DNA of 64,000 bases from a virus: the IMG/VR virus record IMGVR_UViG_3300022752_002834, positions 1 to 64,000 of that record. One strand, written 5' to 3'. Below are positions 9,629-19,700 of this stretch, in pieces. How positions within the stretch are numbered: position 1 is the first letter of the stretch; every line of letters starts with the position of its first letter. Below the pieces are notes generated by a model. That model saw only the letters and a program-made list of their open reading frames with translations. It made no database searches and had not been told where the DNA came from. A program made the position numbers and the translations under genes.

Positions 9629-12600
9629 ATGTCAAGATTTGTACTAACCGCACAACTACAACTTCAAGCACCAAACAATGTAGCTCAAGTCGTTCGCCAA
9701 ATACAGAGCCAGCTAAATAACGTAAACGTTAATGTGCAGGTTCAAGGATCGGCCCAAGCTCAACGTCAACTGCAACAAGTCACGGCCCAAACGCAAGCAG
9801 CAACAACCGCTGCTGATCGTATGGGTCGTGCTTTTGCTGTTTCTATTCGTAGGTTTGCTGCTTTCTCTATTGCCACCAGAGCGGTCGGTCTTTTTACATC
9901 AACATTATCTGATGCTATAAAGTCAGCTATTGATTTTGAAAGAGAGATGGTGCGTGTTAGTCAGGTTACTGGTCAAAGTATAGGGAATTTAAAATTTCTT
10001 ACCAAGGCTATTACTGATTTGTCAACAGGTCTTGGCGTTTCTTCTAAAGATTTACTAAATACTGGACAGTTATTATTACAAGCTGGTATTAGTGCAAAAG
10101 ATACTGAAGTTGCGTTAAAAACACTAGCCAAAGCAGCACTTGCTCCTAACTTTGATAGTTTAAGCGAAACAACAGAAGGTGCTATTGCTATTCTTGCTCA
10201 GTTCCAAGAAGGCGTTGGAGCTTTAGAAAAGCAACTTGGTGCTATTAATGCTGTTGCTGGTGCGTTTGCGGTAGAAGCTGGTGACTTAATTGACGTTATT
10301 CGTCGCGCTGGTGGTGTGTTTAAATCATCGGGTGGCGATCTTAATGAACTTATTGCGTTGTTTACGAGTGTGCGAGCCACAACGCGCGAAAGTGCTGAAA
10401 GTATTGGTACTGGCTTGCGTACTATTTTTACTCGTATTCAGCGCCCTAAAACAATCGAATTCTTAAAACAGTTTGGTGTGGAACTTGTTGACTTAGAGGG
10501 TAAATTCGTTGGTCCATTCGAAGCAGTTAAAAGATTGAGTGCTGCTTTATCTGGATTGGGTGAAGGCGATATTACGTTTATCAGAATTGCTGAAGAACTT
10601 GGTGGGTTCCGACAAATTGGTAAAGTATTACCATTGCTACAACAGTTTAGCACAGCACAAGCCGCACTTAATGTTGCTAATAAGGCTGGTAATAGTCTAA
10701 CTCAAGATGCTGCTACCGCACAGCAAGCACTTGCTATTAGAATTCTTAAAGTAAAAGAAGAATTCTTAGCCTTAGTAAGAAGTATGACTGAAACTAGCAC
10801 TTTCCAAATAATGGCAAATACTGCTTTATCATTAGCTTCTGCATTAATTAAGATTGGTGAAGCTATTAAACCACTACTTCCATTATTGGCCGCAGTCGCA
10901 GCGGTCAATTTTGCTAAAGGTATTTCTGGTTTTGCTGGCGGATTAATGAGAGGTATGCAGTCAGGACGCACATACAGTACCGGTGGTAAGGTTCATCACT
11001 TTGCAAGAGGTGGTATGGTTCCCGGTACTGGTAATCGTGATACTGTTCCTGCGATGTTGCAACCCGGTGAGTTTGTTATCAAAAAGAGTAGTGTTAATAA
11101 ACTTGGTGCTAGTAATTTGGCGGCTATGAATGAGAATCGCTTTGCGCTAGGAGGTCAAGCAAGAAAATTCGGTATCGCTTCATTATTACCTATGGATAAT
11201 CCGCCAAAAGAAGAAAAAGCAACAATACCAATATCAAATATAAGACAATTTTTATCTAAAAAAGCTGGTGGTAAAAATATTGTCAAGAAAGGTAATTTAG
11301 AAAATGTTGATACTACAATTAGAGGAATACTTGGTCTTAAAGGTCAACAGTCGGTAAAAACTTCCGCAATAGCAGAAACAATGTCTAGGCAAGACGTTGC
11401 ATCAAAAATTGAAAAAAGAGTAGAATTATCTATTCAAAAGCTTATAGATAACTCAGCTTCTGCATTAGGTAAATCCTTATCTATTAATGTGGAACGCAAA
11501 GCCGATAATTCTATAGTTAAATCAGTTGGTTCTGCTTCTACAATAGGCTCTGTTTTTGAAGGTGCGCTCGCTATGTTGGGCGCTCCTATGGATACCGGAA
11601 AAGGCGAACAAGATCCGATTGATTTTCCAAGAGGATTGGGACCAAATTTTGCTAGTGCATTTCAGTCTTTGGTTGGTATACCAGTTGACGCAAAAAGAAC
11701 TGCTTCTAAAAAAATATTAAAAGACACAGCCAATAGAAAAGCCGCAGCATATTTAGCAAACGCAGTTTATAGTGATCCTAGATGGCAAGCTTTATCAAAT
11801 TCTTCTACACAAAATCTTGATCCAAATAAATCATATACTTTACAACAACTAGGACTTAGTGCCAAAGACGCTAAAAGTAGAGGATATAGAGGGGTAGGCG
11901 GATTATACAAATTAGAATCCCAAAATAAAAATCTGGGTGGAATTATACAAAAATTTGCCAAAGGCGGTATGGCCCAAGCTCCTCTTATTGATGATATTGT
12001 AAACGCCACTGGAACAATGATGCCTCGCCCAAGTTCAGCAATTGCAGCATTGATAAGTGCTGGTGGTGGAGCAATTGACATAGATAGAACTATTAAACGT
12101 ACTATAGGTGATAAAGCTTATGGTATGGCTAAAACTTCGGGCCAACAATCAGCAGCATTAGATAAATATTTCCGCGATCCACAAGCAAGATTGCGTGATG
12201 TAACATCGGCGCCACTAACAACACTTGGAAGAGAATTGCAAGCAGCAATAAAATCTGGACAATTACAACCCGGTAAACTTTCTATTATAAGCAAATCTCA
12301 AAGAGTTCCGGGGGTTGCGGAGTATCTTAACAGATTATTTGGTATTCCTTTAGCGAATATGATTTTCACTGGCGGCGGTAGCAAACAGCCCGCAATGGAT
12401 GCTTTAAGAAATAAAGGTCCAAGAGCTAGTAGAGTCGCCAAATTTGCTGCTGGTGGCGGGGTTGGAACTGATACTGTTCCTGCGTTATTAACTCCCGGTG
12501 AGTTTGTTATTAATAGATCTTCTGCTCAAAGTATCGGTTATGGTAATCTTAATCGCATGAATAAGGTTGGTAGATATGCTAAAGGTGGGGTTGTTCAGCG

Positions 12601-15600
12601 TTTTGCTAAAGGTACATCTGGAACAGGAGCTAAACCAAAAGGGGATATTTTTCTTGAACAGGCATCATCTAATTTGAGTGGCCTTGATAAGTTTGCTCTT
12701 AGGTTAGACAAATTAGCGGGTGGGTCTTTGTCTAAATTGGGTTCATCTATTGAGTCGCTTGTTTCTAAAATGCGCGGCACAGAATCTGGATATCAACGAT
12801 TACAAAGAGAAACAACGTTTTTGAATAGCATTTTACCAAATTTTGGTAGTACTATCGAAGCCAATAATAAAGCAAATAAACGAACTCTGGGTGCGCAAGT
12901 ATATGTCACTGGAGGACTATACGATTATTTCAAGAGTTTGAAAGATAGCGGAGCTTCTCAGCAAAAGATTTTATCAGAAGCCCATAAGTATATAAATGGA
13001 ATTAATCAGAATACAGCAGCTTTGCAGCAAGGTACTACGTTACAAAATCTTGCTAATAATTCTTTGAAAGCCAATACGTCAGCAGCAACTTCTTCTGCAA
13101 ATCCAGCAACAAGACAAACTCAAGCTCAAAAAATGGGTATGTCTACTGCTAATGTTTTAACTGCTGCTAGAACTCAAGCGGGTTCAGCAGCTTCAACGAC
13201 TTCATCACCAATTAGCGGATCATTAAATGCTTGGAACGCTGCTACAACCGGAGTTAAGAACAATACAGCGGCCACAGTCGCTAATACAAATGCTAATAAA
13301 GGTGCTGCCAAGAGCGCGATGGATGTTGTCAATAACAACAAAATGTTTGCTGCTAGTATGGCTACTAGCTTGATTGCTGGCTTCTTACCGGCAGTTGATG
13401 AAAATAGCGGAGCAATGCTTAGACTTACACACTCACTACTTGGATTAGTGACAACTATTACTAGTGTTGGATTTGCTCTTGAGGCTTTTGGATTAAAGCT
13501 AAACAAGAGTCAAATAATGGACTTTTTAAGTGGAAAAGGCAAAGGGATATCTGGTAGTATTGTTAATAAAACTTCTGCATATGCTAGAGCAGGAACATCG
13601 GCTTTGGGTAGAGGTCTTTCTTCTGTTCAAATACCCGGTATGCCAACCTTTTCTAAAGGCTTACAATCTTTAGGTGGACAATTAACAAAACTAGCTCCGT
13701 CTGTTGGCAAAGCAGCAGGATCTTTCATGTCTTTATTAGGTCCGCTAGTTGCTATTGCTGGTAGCGCATTTGTCGCCACTAAAGCTTTTGAAGCCGCTAT
13801 AGAAGCTGTGTACAATTTTGAAGGAAGATTGAAAATGGCAGTAGAAGCTGGAAATATAGACAAAGCAAAAGCAGTGGCTGGAGAAAGAGCAAGCTTCCAA
13901 GGCGCTAATGTTGTACGAGGCGGTGGAGCTACCGCCGGTGCTGTCTTGGGTTTTATTCTTGGTGGACCAATAGGCGCAGCCATTGGTGCTGGTCTTGGGG
14001 CAGCTGTGGGAACTTTAGCTGCTAATTTATTGCCAGAAGGTGTGCTTGATTCATTAAATGTTATGTTTGGTGGAGATACTAGGGCTAGCGCAATTGCTTT
14101 AGCAGCAGCACAGGCTGGCGCTGTCAAAACACAAAAAGAACTTGAAAAAGCACAAAAAACTGCTACTAATGCAATGCAAGATTTTGAAAACGGAAGTATA
14201 AATGCTTCTGAAGCTTTATCTCGCATTAGAACAGCCACTGCGGAAGCTACAAAACAAGAAAAACGAGCTAGCGACTTTGCAATATCTAATTTAGAAAATA
14301 GAGCTAGTGACGGATTTACTGGAAGAAATATAGCATCAACATTAACTTTTGGAATGGTTGAGTCTTCTTCTGCTAGAAATCAAAGATTAGGACAACAAAG
14401 CGCAGAACAAATTCGCCAAAGTGCTAGATTCCAGAATGAAGCTTTTCAAATGGAGTCTGGCGCAAGAGCAGCTACAATTAGATCCGGTTTTGCTAGAGGT
14501 AGATCAAGATCAGAAATAGAAGCAGAAGCAACAGGAAACCTAAGAAATAGAAGAACAGAATTACTACAAAATGCTCAAAAGGCTTTACGTGCTGGAGATG
14601 AGCAATCTGCAAATGCGTTCAACGAAGCCGCAGAACAACTGCGAGGTCAAATAGAACAAGTAGAAAGAGAAATGGCAAACCTTGAAAAAGAGGTTCTTAG
14701 AGCTAAAGCCGCTTTTGATGCTATGAATCTTGGATTACGCGGACCAACAGCAACCGCTACAGCCATGAGTGCCAGTATGGATAGATTTGTTGCTGGCCTT
14801 GAGGTTGGTGGCAGCACATTTGTTGCTAACACAGAATTTTTATCCGCAGCTATGGGCAGTGCTGCTCAAGCTATGGATCCTGCTGAAATAAAACAAGCGA
14901 TTGATGATGTTGCAAACAATTTAAGTGATATGGGTGCTAATCCTGCAAAATTTAGAGCAAATACGGAAGCATTTATACAAGCGCAACAAAACTATAATAA
15001 AGCCTTTGAAAAGATTAGATCAAATATTCAAGCTAGAAGAGAAAGAGGACAATCACCCGGTGATACACCAGATGAAATTAAAAAAGCATTTGCTTCTGAA
15101 TTAACAGCTGGACTTGGTGACGAAGCCAAGAAAAACTTAACAGCGATAATAGAAAACATACCACTAAGTCCAGAAGAAGTAGATAAGCTACTTGCCGGTG
15201 ACTTATCAGTATTTGGTGACAAACTTAGCGAAGCTGGCAAGAAACAGTTTGAAGAAATAATGAAGATCGCTCAAGAGCGACAAAAAGCTGAACAGGTAGT
15301 TATTAGTTTAATTCACAAGAGAGCAGACGCTGAAAGAAATCTTGCAAGCGCACAAAAAGAAGCGGTCGATCTTTATATTGAAGGTCGAGACGTTCAAGCT
15401 AAATATGGTGGAGTTGCTGTTACATCTGGAGAAAAACGAGCCGCCATAGTAGCAAAAGCAAACGCTGGTGCTGGTAATGCTGGATTACAAGCAATGAGAA
15501 CAGGGAGCGTTGCTGAAATCAGAGCAAGAAATGCACAAATTGCTGGAGGAATATTTGGAATAGAGGCCAGAAGAAGAACTGATGGTGGTATGCAAGGAAG

Positions 15601-16759
15601 ATCTGGAGCAGAAGCTGACATAACTCAACAAAATCTACAGCAAGCCCAAAAAGACCAAATAGATACTATTCGTTCACTAATCAAACTAGAAGAAGAAGAA
15701 CTAAAGATTATTCAAGAGAAAAATAAGATGGAAAAAGATTCATTGGAATCTTTGATTAGTGGCGATATTGACAAGTTCTTTGAACAGCAAGCAGCAGTTG
15801 GCGCTCAAGCAGCAATTGCAACTGGTGATATGACTCTAGCAAACCAATTTGGTAGCAAAGCAATTGGAGATGCATTCAAAGATATTCAACGTCAACAAGA
15901 AGCTGGTGTTCAAAGTTTATATGGTAGGCAGCTTTCTGGTCCCGGAGGATTAACAGAACAAGCGGCTGGTGCAGCATTAGCATCTAGAGGAGTCATGGAT
16001 CCAAGAATGGCCCAAACTCTTGCTGGAACAACTCCAGAAGAAGCAGCGGCTCAAAGAAGATTACAAGAACTTGGTGGTGTTCTTGGCGAAACAGGAGCAT
16101 GGCAACAAGCAACAGCAGAAATGCAAGTACAAACAGCTAGCATCAATGTAAGTAATGCAGAAGTTAAATTAGCACAAATAGAAGAACGCGGTAGACAAGC
16201 CGCAGAAGGATTTGCTAGAGGTGGCGTTGTATATGCAAATCGCGGAATGTTTGTTCCAAGAGGAACCGATACTGTTCCTGCAATGTTAACACCCGGAGAG
16301 TTTGTTGTCAGAAGAGAAGCCGTAAATAGAGGCAATAATCTACAGCTATTACACGCAATAAATGATAACTCTGGATCTCAAGGTTTTGCAAGAGGTGGAA
16401 AAGTTGGCTATTATAATAACGGTGGAAGAGTTCAGTACAAAGCTGGCGGTGGATTACTTGGTAGTATTGGTGGCGCTCTTGGCATAGATCCGCAATTAGT
16501 TACTAATCTAGGCAATATATTCAATACTTTCGTTAGCGGGTTTAATGAGAGTATAAAAAATCTTCAAAATACAAAGTTACAAGTCAAACTAGATAGTGTG
16601 AATGTTAATGTGAATTTGAATGGCACAAGCATGTTAACTCAGATATCTGATCAGACAAGACAAGAAATAATGAAACAAGTTGTTCAAAAGATTCAGAACG
16701 AATATAGCGTTGGTCCCGGTGGAAAATTAACAGAAAATAGAAGTAATTTACCAAGGTAA
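9629..16759 (+). CDS. Tail tape measure protein with TP901-type core and inserted domains
   Basis: 2376 aa, Ala/Gly/Gln-rich. AIDFEREMVRVSQVTG...TRESAESIGTGLRTIFTRI core, glycine-zipper hydrophobic segment, three DTVPA(M/L)LxPGEFV motifs. Confidence 0.9.
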   Translation: MSRFVLTAQLQLQAPNNVAQVVRQIQSQLNNVNVNVQVQGSAQAQRQLQQVTAQTQAATTAADRMGRAFAVSIRRFAAFSIATRAVGLFTSTLSDAIKSAIDFEREMVRVSQVTGQSIGNLKFLTKAITDLSTGLGVSSKDLLNTGQLLLQAGISAKDTEVALKTLAKAALAPNFDSLSETTEGAIAILAQFQEGVGALEKQLGAINAVAGAFAVEAGDLIDVIRRAGGVFKSSGGDLNELIALFTSVRATTRESAESIGTGLRTIFTRIQRPKTIEFLKQFGVELVDLEGKFVGPFEAVKRLSAALSGLGEGDITFIRIAEELGGFRQIGKVLPLLQQFSTAQAALNVANKAGNSLTQDAATAQQALAIRILKVKEEFLALVRSMTETSTFQIMANTALSLASALIKIGEAIKPLLPLLAAVAAVNFAKGISGFAGGLMRGMQSGRTYSTGGKVHHFARGGMVPGTGNRDTVPAMLQPGEFVIKKSSVNKLGASNLAAMNENRFALGGQARKFGIASLLPMDNPPKEEKATIPISNIRQFLSKKAGGKNIVKKGNLENVDTTIRGILGLKGQQSVKTSAIAETMSRQDVASKIEKRVELSIQKLIDNSASALGKSLSINVERKADNSIVKSVGSASTIGSVFEGALAMLGAPMDTGKGEQDPIDFPRGLGPNFASAFQSLVGIPVDAKRTASKKILKDTANRKAAAYLANAVYSDPRWQALSNSSTQNLDPNKSYTLQQLGLSAKDAKSRGYRGVGGLYKLESQNKNLGGIIQKFAKGGMAQAPLIDDIVNATGTMMPRPSSAIAALISAGGGAIDIDRTIKRTIGDKAYGMAKTSGQQSAALDKYFRDPQARLRDVTSAPLTTLGRELQAAIKSGQLQPGKLSIISKSQRVPGVAEYLNRLFGIPLANMIFTGGGSKQPAMDALRNKGPRASRVAKFAAGGGVGTDTVPALLTPGEFVINRSSAQSIGYGNLNRMNKVGRYAKGGVVQRFAKGTSGTGAKPKGDIFLEQASSNLSGLDKFALRLDKLAGGSLSKLGSSIESLVSKMRGTESGYQRLQRETTFLNSILPNFGSTIEANNKANKRTLGAQVYVTGGLYDYFKSLKDSGASQQKILSEAHKYINGINQNTAALQQGTTLQNLANNSLKANTSAATSSANPATRQTQAQKMGMSTANVLTAARTQAGSAASTTSSPISGSLNAWNAATTGVKNNTAATVANTNANKGAAKSAMDVVNNNKMFAASMATSLIAGFLPAVDENSGAMLRLTHSLLGLVTTITSVGFALEAFGLKLNKSQIMDFLSGKGKGISGSIVNKTSAYARAGTSALGRGLSSVQIPGMPTFSKGLQSLGGQLTKLAPSVGKAAGSFMSLLGPLVAIAGSAFVATKAFEAAIEAVYNFEGRLKMAVEAGNIDKAKAVAGERASFQGANVVRGGGATAGAVLGFILGGPIGAAIGAGLGAAVGTLAANLLPEGVLDSLNVMFGGDTRASAIALAAAQAGAVKTQKELEKAQKTATNAMQDFENGSINASEALSRIRTATAEATKQEKRASDFAISNLENRASDGFTGRNIASTLTFGMVESSSARNQRLGQQSAEQIRQSARFQNEAFQMESGARAATIRSGFARGRSRSEIEAEATGNLRNRRTELLQNAQKALRAGDEQSANAFNEAAEQLRGQIEQVEREMANLEKEVLRAKAAFDAMNLGLRGPTATATAMSASMDRFVAGLEVGGSTFVANTEFLSAAMGSAAQAMDPAEIKQAIDDVANNLSDMGANPAKFRANTEAFIQAQQNYNKAFEKIRSNIQARRERGQSPGDTPDEIKKAFASELTAGLGDEAKKNLTAIIENIPLSPEEVDKLLAGDLSVFGDKLSEAGKKQFEEIMKIAQERQKAEQVVISLIHKRADAERNLASAQKEAVDLYIEGRDVQAKYGGVAVTSGEKRAAIVAKANAGAGNAGLQAMRTGSVAEIRARNAQIAGGIFGIEARRRTDGGMQGRSGAEADITQQNLQQAQKDQIDTIRSLIKLEEEELKIIQEKNKMEKDSLESLISGDIDKFFEQQAAVGAQAAIATGDMTLANQFGSKAIGDAFKDIQRQQEAGVQSLYGRQLSGPGGLTEQAAGAALASRGVMDPRMAQTLAGTTPEEAAAQRRLQELGGVLGETGAWQQATAEMQVQTASINVSNAEVKLAQIEERGRQAAEGFARGGVVYANRGMFVPRGTDTVPAMLTPGEFVVRREAVNRGNNLQLLHAINDNSGSQGFARGGKVGYYNNGGRVQYKAGGGLLGSIGGALGIDPQLVTNLGNIFNTFVSGFNESIKNLQNTKLQVKLDSVNVNVNLNGTSMLTQISDQTRQEIMKQVVQKIQNEYSVGPGGKLTENRSNLPR
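11039..11079 (+). repeat. TMP internal repeat copy 1 (GATACTGTTCCTGC...CCCGGWGAGTTTGTT)
   Basis: Near-identical 41-nt copies at 12470 and 16268. Confidence 0.85.
12470..12510 (+). repeat. TMP internal repeat copy 2
   Basis: gatactgttcctgcgttattaactcccggtgagtttgttat. Confidence 0.85.
16268..16308 (+). repeat. TMP internal repeat copy 3
   Basis: gatactgttcctgcaatgttaacacccggagagtttgttgt. Confidence 0.85.
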
Positions 16760-16763
16760 AAAT

Positions 16764-19700
16764 ATGTCAGATTGTTTTATTTGTGTAAATAATCATTCAT
16801 TAAAAGTAGATGGAAGTTCTAAAATAAGAGCCAATGCTACTCTTAGTAATGTTTTGTCAGGTAGACTTGGTGGAGTTGCCAAGATCAACCCAAACAAGAT
16901 TCAACAACCAGCACTATTAAAAGGTAAATTTTCTGGTTCTGGTAAAATATTGGGCAAGCCCAAGCTATCTCATAATTTAAGAGCCTTGGGTGCTGTAGAA
17001 ATAGTTGATATAAAAGCTCACTTAGTTGTTAATGGAGTAGCAAGATCAAGATTATCTTCCTCTATTAATATCAATGATCTATATGCTGATAAGTTTGGTG
17101 GCAATATTGATGGGCTAAATGATATAGATAACTTTGCCTCAGTACAAAAATTATATCCAATAAGAGACATAACAACCAGCCTAAACAATAGTTACTTTGT
17201 TAATAAGAATTTATCATCTGGCAATTTATATCAAAGTATTGATGAGGGGATATTTACTGGAAACTATAATCAAAATCTAAAACAGAGCAATAGAATATCA
17301 GACGATAATCTATCTTTTATACAACCATCGTCAGTTTTTACAAGTGGCACATTTAGATATAAATGCGAAGTTAATAAACCGTATCATCATCCAAAAAATA
17401 GCTTCCTATTCATACGTGCCTCTGCCCCATTATCAAATTATGGATCGAACATTGCTCCAGAGTATCGCATACATAACATTAAATTAGAAGATCCATCTGG
17501 TAATCTTATAATCAAATATAAAGAAGTATTCTTACGTGGTGATGCTGATTATACCAATAACTATATAAATTATTCCACGTACATTTCGGAACCGCTAATT
17601 AATAATGCTAATCTACACTCTTGGGATGAAAATTATCCAATATTAGGCGCGGCTAGTGGCTACACTCTTAGTATGGATTTTGATGTTATTTGCTTAGACG
17701 ATCCATTCGCTGAAGGTTTCGATAAAGGTTACGAAGAGTTAGTTTGTTCAGTAGACTTTCTTAATACATCCAACAACGATTATCTATCTATAGATGGATC
17801 ACCAATGTCGGCCCAATCTCAGGGCTACATACTCAATCCAACAAATTCCCTAAGAATATCTGCAATCGAAATTGGAAATAGTGGCGAACTATGTTCATCT
17901 TGCAGTCCAAGCGGAACCAAATATGAATCTAAACTTGGTTTTTATGTAGAGGTAAATTCTATTGGACAAAGATTATCAAGAAATATATTGCCAAGCCAAG
18001 TATTAGTTAATACATATGACGCTGGAATATATCCAGAAGGTTATAGTTTGTGGAGATCTTCTCCAGACTCATTTGCTAATACAGCAGACAATACTAGCAC
18101 AAGTGGATCTATTGTTCTACTAAATAAATTACAAAATACATCAATTTCAGATTATATAACATTAATAAATAGCGACCCAGTTTCTGATAGCGGAAGACTT
18201 ACACTAAAATTTAGTCATACACCACCAAGATATGCATCAACGTTAACGGAGGGTGCTTTTGGTTTTGGTAATAACAACTTTGATTCAGCAGAATTGCAAA
18301 GTATAGCAGAGACTGACAGTTTCTTTAAGATTGATAGTATAGAACTAAAAGTTATCGCCAAAAAAGCTATAGGGTCCGACGATTATGTTCTTGATATTCT
18401 TGGGTATAGCGATGATAGATTATTAAATATAACACCAAAGATTGGTGCATTTTTACAAAACGCAGAAAGTGGCGTTGGGTTAATACCATCGGTGTCTGGC
18501 TTTAGAGGAGTAGATGATCTCGCTCTATCGGCAGAAAGCATATCAGACAAGGCTTCTTACTACGAAAATCCAATTACAAGTGTTAGTGCTGGTGACCATT
18601 ATCTACTATCATCTCTACCTGTAATTAGCGGCACAACATTCCAAGAGTATACTATCCCACTTAATATTTATCTAGATAGTAACCAACTAGGAAATGCCAC
18701 GGATTATTCTCTTAGTTCGTATTTTGAAAATCTATATCTAGATTTATATCCAATACCAACTGGGGCGAGCATATCAACAGTTCAATTAATAATCTACTAC
18801 AAGCCATCCAACGGTTTGATGTTGCATACCCTTGGTACACCAAGCTCAAAAGAACTCGGTCTAAAAGATATCAAACTATTACCACTAGGTAGAGAATCAT
18901 CAGATGATATTTTGATTAACAGCGATGTTGGTGATGAAAGACTATCGTATATCAGCGGAATTCCGCACGGCTATGGCGAACAAACAACACTAAAAACAAA
19001 TTACTCCAGAAGATGGAGAGGCGTTGATGGAAACGTTGTTAATGGCCCATATTATCCAGCCGCATTTGATTTCTCATTCTATAACCCGGAAGCAAACAAC
19101 CCGTTCTTAGATGGTTATTATGATCTGACAAATATCAGTGGTGATTTTATAGTATCAGACGATTATGCTCACAGCGGTTACTACAATGGGTCAGCAACTG
19201 TTCTAAAGAATATAGGGTGGAGATTTAAAAATACTCAACTCTTCCCACACAATACAGATTATACAACAATAGATTGGACTCAATCTGGAGATCCTCTTTA
19301 TGGTAAAATTTGTGACGCTTTTGATTCAGCATTAAGAGTATCTGGCGAATTTGGAAATATTAATTTTGGAAATGTACCAACTAATAGTGGATTCTCACTA
19401 TATATTAGATTTACTCCAGATTATAATATGAGCGGTGTTAACTATAACCTTTTCAACTCTGGCGTTATAGCATCCAAATATGATAGCGGTCAAGAATTGG
19501 AATTTTGGTTTGGATTTGAGAACGAAAGATTAACTCTCAAAGCAAAAGATATAAATACCAATGGTTCTCCATTGGTATCTATTTCCGATTCTAAGACTTA
19601 TGATCAATATCAATATCCATTATCAACATTGATATACTATACCCCCGGAGCAATGGCAATATTGGCCTATAATGAAATTGATGATAATGCTGGATCAGCA

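Noticed and set aside
10198-16335. Many minus-strand ORFs (60-203 aa) inside the TMP, and similar antisense ORFs elsewhere
   Set aside because: Antisense shadows of long genes with biased codon use; no RBS and no recognisable motifs.
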